Virus record (IMG/VR): IMGVR_UViG_3300048598_000595 | Source: an uncultured virus (IMG/VR IMGVR_UViG_3300048598_000595) | Taxonomy: Duplodnaviria > Heunggongvirae > Uroviricota > Caudoviricetes | Reading direction: 5' to 3' (one strand) | Length of the DNA stretch: 64,000 nucleotides | Part shown: positions 8,401-18,852 of the stretch, one piece after another | Position numbering within the stretch: position 1 is the first letter of the stretch | How the letters are laid out: every line of letters starts with the position of its first letter | The notes under the pieces: model-generated | What the model was told of the DNA's origin: nothing | The model's input: the letters and a program-made list of their open reading frames with translations, nothing else | The model's database searches: none | Translations under genes and position numbers: made by a program

Positions 8401-11400
8401 CCATTTCAACCGCCAGTTGTTCCTCGACGACATCATTAAATTTCGGCGCTTTGATCATCTTTTGGGCCAGCTCGTCGCCGGAAGAATATCCATAAGCCTC
8501 CGCGATGGCTTCAAAAAGTCTTTGCCCGGTTGGGGTCAATCCATCACCGCCGGCTAAAAATTTTCGGGCAATCTCCAGCGGATTTTTCCGGGTCCCAAAT
8601 TGCTGCCGGATTGGTTCTGCGATCCGGTATATCGGTTGGGTGGCCACCTGCTCCCGGATCACCTTCCGGAGCCGGTCCCTTTCCTGGGCTAAAAATTCTT
8701 CCCGGTCCGGCTTCAGCTCATCCATTTGTGGCCGGAGTAACTGATTTATCGCCATTTCGTGCGCTTTTTCTTTCAGTTCCCGGAGCTTCAACCAGGTCGT
8801 GGGGGAAACATCTTTTTCCCGTACCACATCGAACATATAACCATTAAGCGCTTCCCGCTGGGTAATTTCATCATCGGTGGCCACCATCCGGTCCATCACC
8901 TTCCGAACCGGATCCGAAAGTTCGACTTTTAACCCGGCAATATCCCGGTAAATCTGTATCAGCCACCTCCGAAATGAGGCAAAAACTTTTTGCAGACCTT
9001 CGCTGGGGGCTTTACCCTCCATAAGGTATGCCTCAAACCCCCGGGCAAACTGCTCCTGCTGGTCGGTGGTTAAAGTTTCCTGTTCATCGGTAATTTCCAA
9101 CCAATCGGCCAAGGTTCTCCAATTGGCCAAATAAATTTCATCGGCCTGGCCGCTCCGGACAAACCGGAAGGAATCTTCCATCCAAACGTGTGCGGATTCA
9201 TGGATAAAACTAGATTGATCAGCGTGATTAAATAACGCAATAATGCTTTTATCTTGATTGATATTCACCTGAGCCCGTGGTTCCGAATTATCTTGCATAT
9301 AAATATTTGATTTGGATGGGTCAAAAGTACCAACATTGTCAATAGATTTAATTTGATTAGAATTTAAAACGGCAATTTCTCCATACTTTTTACCATTTGG
9401 ATATTCTTGAACATTAATGATCCCATCATATCCATCTTGATAAGCCTGTTTTAAACCATTTTCCCCCATATATTCAGATATCTTCTCGGGTGGAACTGGG
9501 TTTTTAATATTGATATATGCTTCAACAATACGACCATCGTCTTTTAAGCTTTGATAGGCTAATTCTTCGGTAGGATAACCTCTGATTTCATCATCCATAA
9601 TTCCGGTAGTTGAGGCTAACTCATAAAGGGAGCTGGGACCATCTGGACCAACCATAAAATAAAAACCTTGACCATAATTCGACATGTCGTTGGTTCGATT
9701 TAAATCAAATTCCTGTATATCTTTACCACCAAAATGAAATACCACTAATGGGTTCCCTTGTTCATCAACAACCTTAGAACTTTTAAACCATTTTTTAAAT
9801 TCCGGCGTTTCTACTGCGGATTGATTTAACGTTTCCCCTATAAAATTATCAATTGTACCTTTGTAGTGAATTTCCGGAATCTCCAGTTTTCCCGTAAACC
9901 CATCATTTTTAAGCGCTTTAGCGGCGTTATAAAATTCATTAAAAATTTGTTCTTTGGTTAAGTACCCATCTTTTTGCAAAAATCCATCTTGATCTAATCG
10001 AAAGCTAAAGTTATTGTTACCTTTAATGATATGGACACCATAAGGAATAAATTTGGTGCCTTCTTCGTTAAACATTTCAATAATCGAGTTAAAATCACCA
10101 TCTTGCATGGATTGAGCCATATATAACGCATCATGCCCCGCATCTTCCCCAGTTTCCTCTGCGAAAGGATCGAATCCGCGGCTGATAATGTCCGTTGATT
10201 TCTGATAAATACTGTCCGGATAAATCAATTCCCCTTTAAAATACAATGCTTTGCCGTTAAGGTTTCCTTTGGCGGCGAACCGATCAGCCGACTGATTCAA
10301 CGCCCCCGCATTTTCCCGGGCGCCCTGGACAATCTCCGGCTGATTAATCCCCTGGTATAATTCCATGGGATTAACCCCGCGCCTGGAGGCCTCGGCAATC
10401 ATCCGGGAAGCCCAGAGTTTTGCATTTCGATCCACCCAGGTTCCAAACTCGCGTTCCCGAATATTTTTGGGCCGGCCGGCTGCAGTCAGTTTTTCCTTTA
10501 CGTCCTGATATATCAGATTAAAATTATCCCTTATAATATTGTTATGAATGATTTGGGGCTCCGCCGCTTGCTGCTCCAATGTAATCATATCGGCGATCCG
10601 TTTTTCTTCGACGGCCGCCTGGTTATATGTCAGGCCATCCTCGGAAAATTTCACATCGTTTTTTACTGCATCATATAACGGCGTTTTTACGACCTTCTCC
10701 AACCAGGTCGCGTATGAAATTTTAATGCTGCCGCCGGTATCCAACGCCGTTTGGATTTCATCCCCCAAACCGAATACCTGAGATATTTCTTGGACAACCT
10801 GCTCTCTAGTGATATCCGGAACTGCAGACTGCAAAAAGGAAACCAATGGATGGGCATCAACATATACGTTTTCGATGGGTCCATTTTTTACTTGATCCGC
10901 CACAAACTTGGCATAATTTTCGGGCATCCGGTCCAAGTATTGGGACCCGGCCGCCACCTTGCCGATCTGCTCATAAACCTGTACAGCCTGGTTAGCGCCT
11001 TGAATTTGTTTTATACCCTGGTATGTGTGCGACCCTAACCCAGGGATTCCAAATATCAGCTGTGATTGAATGGTGGGGCTGATTACCTGGGACGATTGCG
11101 CCAAAATATCCGCCACCGGTTTTTTGTCAAACTCCTGGTCGGATATCGTTTTTGCCATTTCGCCCCCGAGCTGGGTGACGGTCTCCTGGGCAAACTCCTG
11201 GCCAGACTCCTTCAACATATTTATAAGATATTCTTTAACACCGGCCCGGATCAGGTTCCCACCTGATTGTTTAGCAAGGTTCTTTATTTCCTGCCGTCCT
11301 AAAAAATCTAATACTTTCGATCCGCCGGGTATGGTCTTCAACAGCGAACTAACCTGGGCCATTTCCAAGCCGGAGTTCAGAACGCCAACAACCAAAGCGG

Positions 11401-12394
11401 CCTGGGCAGCCACCTGGGGATCAATTGGATTACCGTATTTATCCCGAATTTTAATAAAATCACCGTAAGCGGATCCGCCTTCCAATATGGCGGACGCTTG
11501 CGCCAAACCAATTTTTCCGCCTAATTGGGCCCCAACTTTCATACCAGTCAACACCGCCGCCGGTACGGTTACAACCTCTTCCGGTGTCGCCGCTTGCGGT
11601 CCCGCATTCCCCGCGATAAGTGCCAATCCTCCTCCCAATACTCCGCCGGTTGAAGCCCAAAAGCCCGCTTTTTCGGACATAAGCCCATAATTGGGTAACT
11701 GCTCACCGGTGAAATACCAGGGATTAAAACCGATCGGTCTTTCCAATGCCGCCATTTGCGCTTCCAGTTGTTGCAATTTGGATTCGTTGCGGGTGGAACG
11801 CCGACCGGTCTGCAATGTTTCTAACATTTGCTCATACCTCAGTTGAGCGTATGAAACATTTAATTGACCGCTTTTTTCGCCTTTCCCAAGTTGGACTCCA
11901 GCCTGAAAAGCCAGATCATTTTCATTTCCGGAACCCAACCCCCGGGCAAAGTTTTGAGAAAACTCCGCTCCAGTCGGCGCCGGTTTCGGTTTAGTAAACG
12001 GCTTGGTAAAATCAAATTGAAGTAAATTCCATCCAAATTTTAAAGCGGATTCATGCTGGGCCAGCTCCGGCAAAACATCTTTAGCGGTAGCCATATTTTT
12101 TGGGTCGGAAAGGAATTGTGCTGTACCCGGAAACATCGATTCATACTGCTTCCATTGCTGGAATGTAGGATTTTTTTGAATCTTTTTTAAATCCTCGAGG
12201 TTGTTATCCACAAATTCTTCCGGCTCACCGGTATTCTGGGCAATATTAATAACATCCGCCGTCCGGATTGGGTCAAAATTTTGGACACTTTGAAAAGTAT
12301 CTTGAAGCCTTGACGATACCCGGGGGACAAATAGAATTGACCGGTCGTTATTCGCCACTATATTCTGGCTGTCATCTTGAAATACTAAAGGCAT
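5426..12394 (-). CDS. Large internal virion/ejection (polyvalent) protein with inserted ART-like module and HExxH motif
   Basis: 2322 aa at the gp16-like position; TPEFKKWF..SKVVD..GNPLVVFH..GFYF module; FIHESAH motif. Confidence 0.8.
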   Translation of the reverse strand: MPLVFQDDSQNIVANNDRSILFVPRVSSRLQDTFQSVQNFDPIRTADVINIAQNTGEPEEFVDNNLEDLKKIQKNPTFQQWKQYESMFPGTAQFLSDPKNMATAKDVLPELAQHESALKFGWNLLQFDFTKPFTKPKPAPTGAEFSQNFARGLGSGNENDLAFQAGVQLGKGEKSGQLNVSYAQLRYEQMLETLQTGRRSTRNESKLQQLEAQMAALERPIGFNPWYFTGEQLPNYGLMSEKAGFWASTGGVLGGGLALIAGNAGPQAATPEEVVTVPAAVLTGMKVGAQLGGKIGLAQASAILEGGSAYGDFIKIRDKYGNPIDPQVAAQAALVVGVLNSGLEMAQVSSLLKTIPGGSKVLDFLGRQEIKNLAKQSGGNLIRAGVKEYLINMLKESGQEFAQETVTQLGGEMAKTISDQEFDKKPVADILAQSSQVISPTIQSQLIFGIPGLGSHTYQGIKQIQGANQAVQVYEQIGKVAAGSQYLDRMPENYAKFVADQVKNGPIENVYVDAHPLVSFLQSAVPDITREQVVQEISQVFGLGDEIQTALDTGGSIKISYATWLEKVVKTPLYDAVKNDVKFSEDGLTYNQAAVEEKRIADMITLEQQAAEPQIIHNNIIRDNFNLIYQDVKEKLTAAGRPKNIREREFGTWVDRNAKLWASRMIAEASRRGVNPMELYQGINQPEIVQGARENAGALNQSADRFAAKGNLNGKALYFKGELIYPDSIYQKSTDIISRGFDPFAEETGEDAGHDALYMAQSMQDGDFNSIIEMFNEEGTKFIPYGVHIIKGNNNFSFRLDQDGFLQKDGYLTKEQIFNEFYNAAKALKNDGFTGKLEIPEIHYKGTIDNFIGETLNQSAVETPEFKKWFKSSKVVDEQGNPLVVFHFGGKDIQEFDLNRTNDMSNYGQGFYFMVGPDGPSSLYELASTTGIMDDEIRGYPTEELAYQSLKDDGRIVEAYINIKNPVPPEKISEYMGENGLKQAYQDGYDGIINVQEYPNGKKYGEIAVLNSNQIKSIDNVGTFDPSKSNIYMQDNSEPRAQVNINQDKSIIALFNHADQSSFIHESAHVWMEDSFRFVRSGQADEIYLANWRTLADWLEITDEQETLTTDQQEQFARGFEAYLMEGKAPSEGLQKVFASFRRWLIQIYRDIAGLKVELSDPVRKVMDRMVATDDEITQREALNGYMFDVVREKDVSPTTWLKLRELKEKAHEMAINQLLRPQMDELKPDREEFLAQERDRLRKVIREQVATQPIYRIAEPIRQQFGTRKNPLEIARKFLAGGDGLTPTGQRLFEAIAEAYGYSSGDELAQKMIKAPKFNDVVEEQLAVEMAGRYGDLNQDTAAFQYEAEAALRNDDQMDVLALEKAILQDLIHQEETNQLSRQVSLQRARSLAANARKYAKSVLAEKPYQEATAATAYFTAERVAAVRESQEYAKGNFTEMHRFAEQRLLNHALALEAVQLTKEIDKSFRYLNKFTGKSRPEIGQEFSNQIDKILARFELAQPSLNVQEDPTTLTDWIKSREQWDDAAIPETIANETFVKNYQDLTLGELRDLVDAVKNIETIARNEKRQLTDEKERDFQVIVKEITGRIRRENKELFPKNYDPNVTKLESILHSVRSFVASHQKVEYIVRALDGYKDQGPVWRYVILPMMRAMDKEYTLRRNAGEKYTKLLRDYLGKDLSHLATKKLYIPGMIHAIFPKGVTKENILMMALNWGATDNRNRLMDAYSETIQYTDEDIKDIMRENQADVDKLGPGKVIMNEKRKELKAAFESVFDRHMTQSDWNFVQGTWDMIEEFWPMIAEVEKARKGIEPKKRETIEVVTKYGTYKGGYFHIEYDSRLSEQASRQSEQENLKGLTEITYLKPSTKTGFTKEVSEMVANRPLNLHLSVIDKHLADVIHMVSFINALRDVDRLLNHREVMRVIKETMGDEVYKQFRPWLMNIGYEYRSPMTPVENLLSRARQGSSVVNMGFKFTTAFSQYAGLPSIMEKVGNKRTLSAVLEFHKDLITGQAMKKAQEVFEKSEMMRNRMKDRDRDIRDTTKKLISTSAYDKITDTYFALTGLFDFAITVPGWIAAYDKNIAEQMKAGEVALMNGVDPNDILSLNEEMAVRYADGVIRETQGSGDVVNMAAIQRGTELQKLLTQFYSYFSVYANKQIEAVQRAKRRGEYGQLVSFAIYWWFVPALASELLAGRGPSGDDPDEMKWAKWALTNVLKYPASAFIVVRDVVNALGGKFGGYEMTPSAAALQKGVELWNVTVNKAVNDDEIDWGKAGKAAFEFGGYWLKYPSRQIEITVGNVYDAIVNGEDFYLQDVFFPKPAERR

Positions 12395-12407
12395 CGTAAA
12401 GCCCCCC

Positions 12408-14255
12408 TTATTGAACTGCTAACTTGATATACGCCGGGACATTGCCATCCGGAAATTGCTGTATAATCTGTTGAATCAATTCCGGAGTGGTAATCAGCTG
12501 ATTCCGCAGCTCCGGATCGTAAGTTGCTTCCCGGAGCTTAATGATTGACTTGACAGCGTTATAAATCGGACTTCCTTGTTTTACTTTGTCGCTTCCCCCC
12601 ACTTGCTTAATAAACTGCTCCAAGTCATCAGCGCCGAAAGTGTTTTTTCCGCTGATGGCCGCCAAACCCCGACCGATTTCCAAAGTAACATCTTTCCCAC
12701 CAAAGGTGTTATATACCTGACCCCATGACCGGTTGGTTTCATCTCGCTGCTTAACATCCTTTTTATATTGCTGCTCTCCCCCAAATATCCACCATCCACC
12801 GACCTTCTGTAATTTCTGATCGGCAATCGCCAAGAGTTCTTCCGGAGACTTCCCTTTGCCGGACTGATGCATTTCATATAAAAATTCTTGTTTTTTTTCT
12901 TTATTGCTGCCGAATTTTTGAGTAGCCAGCAGTTCAATCCTTTCCCAGCTTGATTTTACATCCTGTTTAACACCGTCCAATTGCCCATGATAATATGATT
13001 TTTTCAATTCTTCCCAGTCCTGAACCGTAAGTTTACCGGCTTTCATCGCCTCATCGATGTCTTTTTCCGGGGTAGTCTTATAAAGCACCCCTTTCCAAAG
13101 ACTCATGTATACTCCCGGGTCAGACTGTTGTTTTGTTAGCCATAACCGTTTGACAGCATCCTCTTTGATTTCTTTATCATAACTATCCCGGGCAAATTTT
13201 CCGATCTGTTTTAAAGCCACATCCATGGTCCCACCTTGCTGGTGAATTGCAGATACGGAATTCATAAATGACCGGTCATTTGCGTCCCATTGCCTCATTA
13301 AATTGGTATTCAATTCACCGGCCTTTGAGCGTATATAATCCAGGCCCTTTTCAATCATTTTGTCGGTGTAACCTAATTTTTTATATGCCTCCTTGGCTGA
13401 TTTCTCCATCTTGGCCAGGTCCGGGAGACCGTCCGACATTTTTAATCCCTGGACTGTATTCCAAATAGTATTACCATCCGAATAAAAGCCGGCTTCCTGA
13501 ATCATGGACTCGGCTTTGGATTTAACATCAGGAGAAACCTGATCCCCAAATTGTTTTAAAATGTTCCTAGCGCCGGCGACATCATTGGCGGCCAGCGATT
13601 TTTCCAAAACTCCAGCCACCAGCTGCCCGGCATATTCTTGCTGCTTCACTTTAATATCTTCCGGAGTATATCCCATCTGTCCCAGTGCATGAGTCAATTT
13701 TGCGTATCCGTCCGATAACAACCGGGTGGTGTTATCGATACTGGGACTTTTAGCCGCGTCGGAAGCGTTTAGCTGTAAATTAGTTGCCAGTGTTTGAATT
13801 TTACTTTCCCGGGTCTGGTCCGCTTCATGCCGTAATACCGCCTGTTCCCCGGCTAAATTATGATTATCCGCCAGCTGGCCAAACTGTCTTTTCTGATTTT
13901 CCGATACCAGTTCACCCTGATATTTCTGCTTCAGTTCCGTGGTTTTCTGTCGAAATTCGCTATACGCGCCCTCCGCATTGCCCAAGGTCCGGTTCAACAA
14001 GCCGGTTTCCGTGTTGTAAAGTAGATCATCCATTTCCTGACGGTATTTCACTTCAGTATCCAGGATCTTCTGGGTGTCCTTTTGTTGCTGTAGTTCGGTG
14101 GCCCGTTGACTAATCAACTGTCCGGCGTTTTGGAGGGCGTTTCCCATCTGTTGATTGGCAACCGCGATATTTTCCCCAAACGCTCCCGCCGGCATATCGA
14201 CTAGAGTCTGCACATTTGTTTGTACTTGACGTTGAAAGGTTGGAACTACCGGCAT
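12408..14255 (-). CDS. Internal virion/ejection protein (gp15-like position)
   Basis: MPVVPTFQRQV N-terminus, helical composition, synteny. Confidence 0.65.
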   Translation of the reverse strand: MPVVPTFQRQVQTNVQTLVDMPAGAFGENIAVANQQMGNALQNAGQLISQRATELQQQKDTQKILDTEVKYRQEMDDLLYNTETGLLNRTLGNAEGAYSEFRQKTTELKQKYQGELVSENQKRQFGQLADNHNLAGEQAVLRHEADQTRESKIQTLATNLQLNASDAAKSPSIDNTTRLLSDGYAKLTHALGQMGYTPEDIKVKQQEYAGQLVAGVLEKSLAANDVAGARNILKQFGDQVSPDVKSKAESMIQEAGFYSDGNTIWNTVQGLKMSDGLPDLAKMEKSAKEAYKKLGYTDKMIEKGLDYIRSKAGELNTNLMRQWDANDRSFMNSVSAIHQQGGTMDVALKQIGKFARDSYDKEIKEDAVKRLWLTKQQSDPGVYMSLWKGVLYKTTPEKDIDEAMKAGKLTVQDWEELKKSYYHGQLDGVKQDVKSSWERIELLATQKFGSNKEKKQEFLYEMHQSGKGKSPEELLAIADQKLQKVGGWWIFGGEQQYKKDVKQRDETNRSWGQVYNTFGGKDVTLEIGRGLAAISGKNTFGADDLEQFIKQVGGSDKVKQGSPIYNAVKSIIKLREATYDPELRNQLITTPELIQQIIQQFPDGNVPAYIKLAVQ

Positions 14256-14275
14256 ATGATCGGCCCTCCTTTATC

Positions 14276-14767
14276 TTATTTCCCCATACTGGTTTTGCTC
14301 CACCGGTCCCACGTGTCGGCCACTCCGGTGGCGCCTCCAATTATAGTTGCATTTGCCGCAGTATTTGCGGCAGTAACTGCATTGGATCCCGCCATTCGGT
14401 ATGCTTCAGCTTGCTTTCTGGTCTGCCATATTTGTAGGTCGTCGTTATATTTAATAGCCAATTCATCTAATTTTCCTTTAAGTGCGGTATCCTCTGCAAT
14501 ATCCTGGGCAGTCACTGAACTGGCATCAATTCCATTAGCAGCAAGGACAGTTTTTTGGGTGGCATCAGCTCCGGCGACCATGTTACGAAAATCGGCAATT
14601 TTTAGTTTGCTTTGGGTCTCCATACTTTTGGCCGTCTGTTCCAGTTGATCCGCTTGAAACATATTAGCTTGGTATTGTGCCTCTCCTTGCTGACGTTGTG
14701 CATTGGCACCGGTTATCGTTCCAAAAATTTGAAGCCCCAATCCAATCGCTGGTATCGCCGCGCCCAT
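14276..14767 (-). CDS. Internal virion protein (gp14-like)
   Basis: Ala/Gly/Gln-rich with AANGID motif; synteny. Confidence 0.7.
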   Translation of the reverse strand: MGAAIPAIGLGLQIFGTITGANAQRQQGEAQYQANMFQADQLEQTAKSMETQSKLKIADFRNMVAGADATQKTVLAANGIDASSVTAQDIAEDTALKGKLDELAIKYNDDLQIWQTRKQAEAYRMAGSNAVTAANTAANATIIGGATGVADTWDRWSKTSMGK

Positions 14768-14770
14768 ATA

Positions 14771-15265
14771 TTAATCCCTCCTGAATCGAAAGTATCGAAA
14801 CAACATATGATCCATCCCATATGGTTCCGGTTGGTACATATCCGCTCCACACCATTGGAGCCATTGAATGGACTCAATGTATCGATTATCCACCCAATTT
14901 TCCAAAACCGGATATTCTTCCAGAAACCTCTGGATAAATGGCTTGCTTTGCCGAAAAAAAGTAAACCGTATTTTTTGCACTGCCGGTGAACCTAATAACC
15001 AAATTGTAGCCCGATCACTAACGAGTGATTCCGGGGCGATTCCAAACATTGAAATAATCTGGTCATCCAACACCATTGAAATGCTTGTAGATGAATTTTC
15101 AAATGAATCTTTCAACGCTTTATACGGGTCTGCGTGATGGCTGGCCCAAATTTCCAATCGGTCTGGCTCCCGGAGATTCGGCGCCAGAGATTCCACATCA
15201 GCTAAAATAGATTCCCGAAATATCAGCGCACCCTTTTGGAAATATATCTTACCCACCGACTTCAA
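14771..15265 (-). CDS. T7 gp13-like GNAT-fold virion assembly protein
   Basis: LREPDRLEIWA...WLLGS...LENWVDNRYIESIQWLQWCG pattern. Confidence 0.7.
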   Translation of the reverse strand: MKSVGKIYFQKGALIFRESILADVESLAPNLREPDRLEIWASHHADPYKALKDSFENSSTSISMVLDDQIISMFGIAPESLVSDRATIWLLGSPAVQKIRFTFFRQSKPFIQRFLEEYPVLENWVDNRYIESIQWLQWCGADMYQPEPYGMDHMLFRYFRFRRD

Positions 15266-17987
15266 TCCTTGATATGATTGACAATATCGTTATGGGTAAC
15301 GGATCGGATTGACGAATATAAATTCGGTTGCTCCGCTTGAATCCGCTAGACATTTCTGCATCATAATCACCAGTGAATAATGCTGTCGGAGTCCCCAGTG
15401 GTTCATTCGACCGGGTATTGATTTCGGTCAAATGGATGTTGTCATATCCCACCAAACCGCCTCCGTGAGCATATAATTTTAAGGTTACGCCCGTCACCAT
15501 CACTTCTTTAGACTGCAAAGTCCCCTGGTCGGTGACGGCCTCGATATTTAATGTCTCTAAATCCGATACATATGGCAGTCCAACATGGACCCTGGAGGCC
15601 GGAGTATCCAATGTAATCGTTCCATCCATTACGGTTTTTCCCGAATAAACTGCGCCGTTTGCTAAAATCGCCACGCTTTTTCCTTCCAAATGGTCCAGAC
15701 CGGCAATAGTGGTTACTGCTTTACGGAGTTTTCCACCGGATACATAGGCGAGAAACGCCAGACTATTTACGTCATTTCCGTCTTCGTCTTTCAATGTCAG
15801 GGTGTCGGTGGTGGCATTAGCCACCGTATACTGTTTTTTGTTGAGTTGGTCCGGTTGTGTTTTATTCCCTAAAAAATCAATCTCGGGGATCCATTCGATA
15901 TCCGAAATATCCACTTTGTCCCCATCGGTGAGCCCATGGCCGGCGGCTGTGATAACCGTTATGGACGCAATCGAAACTTTAGTAATATTAACCGGACTAT
16001 CCAATGTTAACCCGCAATCCACAAAATATTGGTCATATAAATCGGCCGTCATTGACCGGTTTGCCATCCGTTCAATAAACCGTGTATCTCCCCGTTTCAC
16101 TACAAACCAAATTTCATCATATTGTGCCCCGGGCAAGATGCATATGCTTTCAAATTGGCCATCAGTCTCGTGGTGATGGAACGCGATCACTTTTTGGGCT
16201 GCATTATACGTGCATCCCAATAAAACTCCATCATCCCGAATCATCCAAATAATAGGCTCCGGTTCGGATTGAAACTCCATCTCCACGATGGTATGATCAG
16301 CGAACAAATGTCCCGAAAAATAGGTGACCGGTCCCCCCACATAACCCCCGCTATTCTCATTCCACTCAACAACCCGCAAACCATTATTGGATTTCTGGAC
16401 AAATATTGCCTGATTATCAATAATCACCGGGTTAATCGACGAACTCCCGCCCAGCATTTGAAATTTATGTTTTGCAGTGGTAGGTGTAAATGACCCTCCC
16501 GAATTGACCGGGCCACTCCACCATACTCCTTCATCCGTTAGCGGTAAAATGTCACCTAGATTCGATATGCTTTCAATTTTATGTACTGCGCGCGAGTTAA
16601 GGTTTAACGTGATACCGTCCGCATCATTGAGCGGTGATGACCGACTATAATCAGTATAATCGCCTGATACACTCCACCATTGGGCTTGGGGTTCGGACTC
16701 CGAACCGGCGAAACCAATTCTGTCTGCATAAAAACAAACACAACTGGGCCAACCCCGATAATCCGACCATGCGCCTTCTGCCCATGTGGTTGTTGCCGCA
16801 GTGCCACTTAACGTTCGTTTTACCGTGGCTGTGGCATGAGTGCTATCGGTTACAGCCGTAATTTGTACAACACCAAAAACACCGCTGACCGCCGCTCCAA
16901 TTCTCCACCATGATCCAACATGACCCGCGTCAAAAATTGCAGATGACGCGGTAAGGGTGACATTTCCAGTGGTAGCGGTTGAGGCGATTGTAATTGCACT
17001 TGTATTAACGGCCATAAACGGTCCATTTTTAAACTCATACAAACTTATCGTCCAGTTATAATGACTGTATCTGACCAATATTCTGGGCTGATAACCCCGG
17101 CATGCAATAAACATTGTATCAGCCGATTGCACGTAATTGATATATGGCAAATCCGCTTCCGTATATGGGGTCGAAATTTCTTCCGCTGCTCCGGAAGCTA
17201 ATTCACTCCAATAAGTTGTTTCCAGTGGTGGAAAAAAATTCGCATTATTGGCGGCATTGGGGCTGGCCAAAATCGATTTATAAAGTTTATCACCATTTGC
17301 CAATAACGTTGCGGTTATTGTACCAGATAGCACCGGAGCGGCGGCGTAAGCAGCGTTGGCGGTTACCGTGAATTTAGTAATATCCACGCCATTAACTACA
17401 CCTCCGGCGATTGCCCGGATTGCATTTTGTATTAAAAGCGCTGAATTTTTTGACGCGGTTGTCGTGGCGAATTTGATTGTTATCGTATCGGTCGCGGCGG
17501 TTACCGATAACGAATCTGCTGTATTCGCTTGTGTTGCAATCTTGATTGTCCCGGAATCGGCTAAACCGTAAGGTAATGCAAACGAAAGTTTTTTCGTTGT
17601 TGCATACGTGTTGATCAAATAATTTCCTACTTTTAAGTTCCAATCAATGGCATATGACGCCATCGGATTAAAGTCCAAAACATTATCGGCGGTAACAGTT
17701 ATAATTCCCCCATCTTTGAAGAACCTGGCATATAAATCCCCAAACTCAATGGCGTAATTTTGACTTGTCCCAAACTTAAATGGCCGTAAGATGATTTTAT
17801 TGGCGCTAGTTTTTACCGTGTTGGTATAATACGTACCGGCCCGGTTGGATACCGGACCCTGTTGATGCACAAACATATTCCGAAGCGTCCGGCACGAAGT
17901 GAAATATTGTTCAATATTGGTCCGTCCTTCCATCATCGGCGATGTTTCACCATTGATAAAACTGGTCTGGCTGATATCCATGGTCAT
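15249..17987 (-). CDS. Tail tubular protein B/nozzle (gp12-like)
   Basis: QTSFINGETSP start, GWPSCVCF..DRI, end IRQSDPLPITILSI. Confidence 0.85.
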   Translation of the reverse strand: MTMDISQTSFINGETSPMMEGRTNIEQYFTSCRTLRNMFVHQQGPVSNRAGTYYTNTVKTSANKIILRPFKFGTSQNYAIEFGDLYARFFKDGGIITVTADNVLDFNPMASYAIDWNLKVGNYLINTYATTKKLSFALPYGLADSGTIKIATQANTADSLSVTAATDTITIKFATTTASKNSALLIQNAIRAIAGGVVNGVDITKFTVTANAAYAAAPVLSGTITATLLANGDKLYKSILASPNAANNANFFPPLETTYWSELASGAAEEISTPYTEADLPYINYVQSADTMFIACRGYQPRILVRYSHYNWTISLYEFKNGPFMAVNTSAITIASTATTGNVTLTASSAIFDAGHVGSWWRIGAAVSGVFGVVQITAVTDSTHATATVKRTLSGTAATTTWAEGAWSDYRGWPSCVCFYADRIGFAGSESEPQAQWWSVSGDYTDYSRSSPLNDADGITLNLNSRAVHKIESISNLGDILPLTDEGVWWSGPVNSGGSFTPTTAKHKFQMLGGSSSINPVIIDNQAIFVQKSNNGLRVVEWNENSGGYVGGPVTYFSGHLFADHTIVEMEFQSEPEPIIWMIRDDGVLLGCTYNAAQKVIAFHHHETDGQFESICILPGAQYDEIWFVVKRGDTRFIERMANRSMTADLYDQYFVDCGLTLDSPVNITKVSIASITVITAAGHGLTDGDKVDISDIEWIPEIDFLGNKTQPDQLNKKQYTVANATTDTLTLKDEDGNDVNSLAFLAYVSGGKLRKAVTTIAGLDHLEGKSVAILANGAVYSGKTVMDGTITLDTPASRVHVGLPYVSDLETLNIEAVTDQGTLQSKEVMVTGVTLKLYAHGGGLVGYDNIHLTEINTRSNEPLGTPTALFTGDYDAEMSSGFKRSNRIYIRQSDPLPITILSIISRIEVGG

Positions 17988-17996
17988 AATAAACCA

Positions 17997-18602
17997 CTAT
18001 CCTCTCACATTAACATATGATGATGTTTGCTCTTGCACCAGATAACCTTCAGATAAGTTTGCTGCTTTTGCATTCGCAATTACCAATTCGTACATCCGCA
18101 CCGCCCCGGATGCCAAATCCGCTTTGCCGGTCAACGGGATGGCTAAATCACCGGCCAGTTTCCAACCAAACGCATCAATAAACGACGCATCAAAAAAATT
18201 GGTATTGATTACATTTACGGTATATTCCAAGTATGCAGATACGGTATTAGTAACAATAATCATTTCGTCCCTGAGCCCTGATTGTAATTTATCAAACTCA
18301 TCTCCAGGTGTATTAATCGGAGTTGAAGCATTAAAAACTTTTCGGGCATATAAGCAATCCGAAGGGTACGAATATATATGAGTCCATCCCGGAATAGTGT
18401 CTTCACATTCCGCCAATGGAATTATTTTGGTGGAAAATTTCCAATTGTGGTCTCTAAGAATCGCTTGCCGTAGCGGTTCGTAAATGCTATTACACGCCTT
18501 GGCAAAATCATTTTCCGTGGCCGACGCCACTGTTTTTTTACCAAGCCGGCTGAGTGCTAAATTAAAAATATCTACTTGATACATGATTGCACCTACCTCC
18601 AT
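17997..18602 (-). CDS. Tail tubular protein A/adaptor (gp11-like)
   Basis: VDIFNLALSRLG...HNWKFS...YSYPSDCL...FDASFIDAFGWKLA. Confidence 0.85.
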   Translation of the reverse strand: MEVGAIMYQVDIFNLALSRLGKKTVASATENDFAKACNSIYEPLRQAILRDHNWKFSTKIIPLAECEDTIPGWTHIYSYPSDCLYARKVFNASTPINTPGDEFDKLQSGLRDEMIIVTNTVSAYLEYTVNVINTNFFDASFIDAFGWKLAGDLAIPLTGKADLASGAVRMYELVIANAKAANLSEGYLVQEQTSSYVNVRG

Positions 18603-18654
18603 GCTTATAATTTGTAGATAGAGCGGCTATTCACCGCCCTATCTGTGATTTTAT

Positions 18655-18852
18655 TTATTTTGGATTTTCACCCGGGGGATCTTCGTTCGGAGGATTTTCA
18701 CCCGGGTGGGCTTTCGGAGCCTGGACATCAACCCGTTTAAAATATTCCTTCGGCGGTTTGGGATTGTCCGGCAATTCGATAGGCACATTGGATTTTCTCC
18801 AATACCGTTTCATAAAAGCGTAATTATTTTCAATTACAATGTATAATCCCAT
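18655..18852 (-). CDS. Small hypothetical head-associated protein
   Basis: Coupled to the upstream gene by a TAATG overlap. Confidence 0.5.
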   Translation of the reverse strand: MGLYIVIENNYAFMKRYWRKSNVPIELPDNPKPPKEYFKRVDVQAPKAHPGENPPNEDPPGENPK

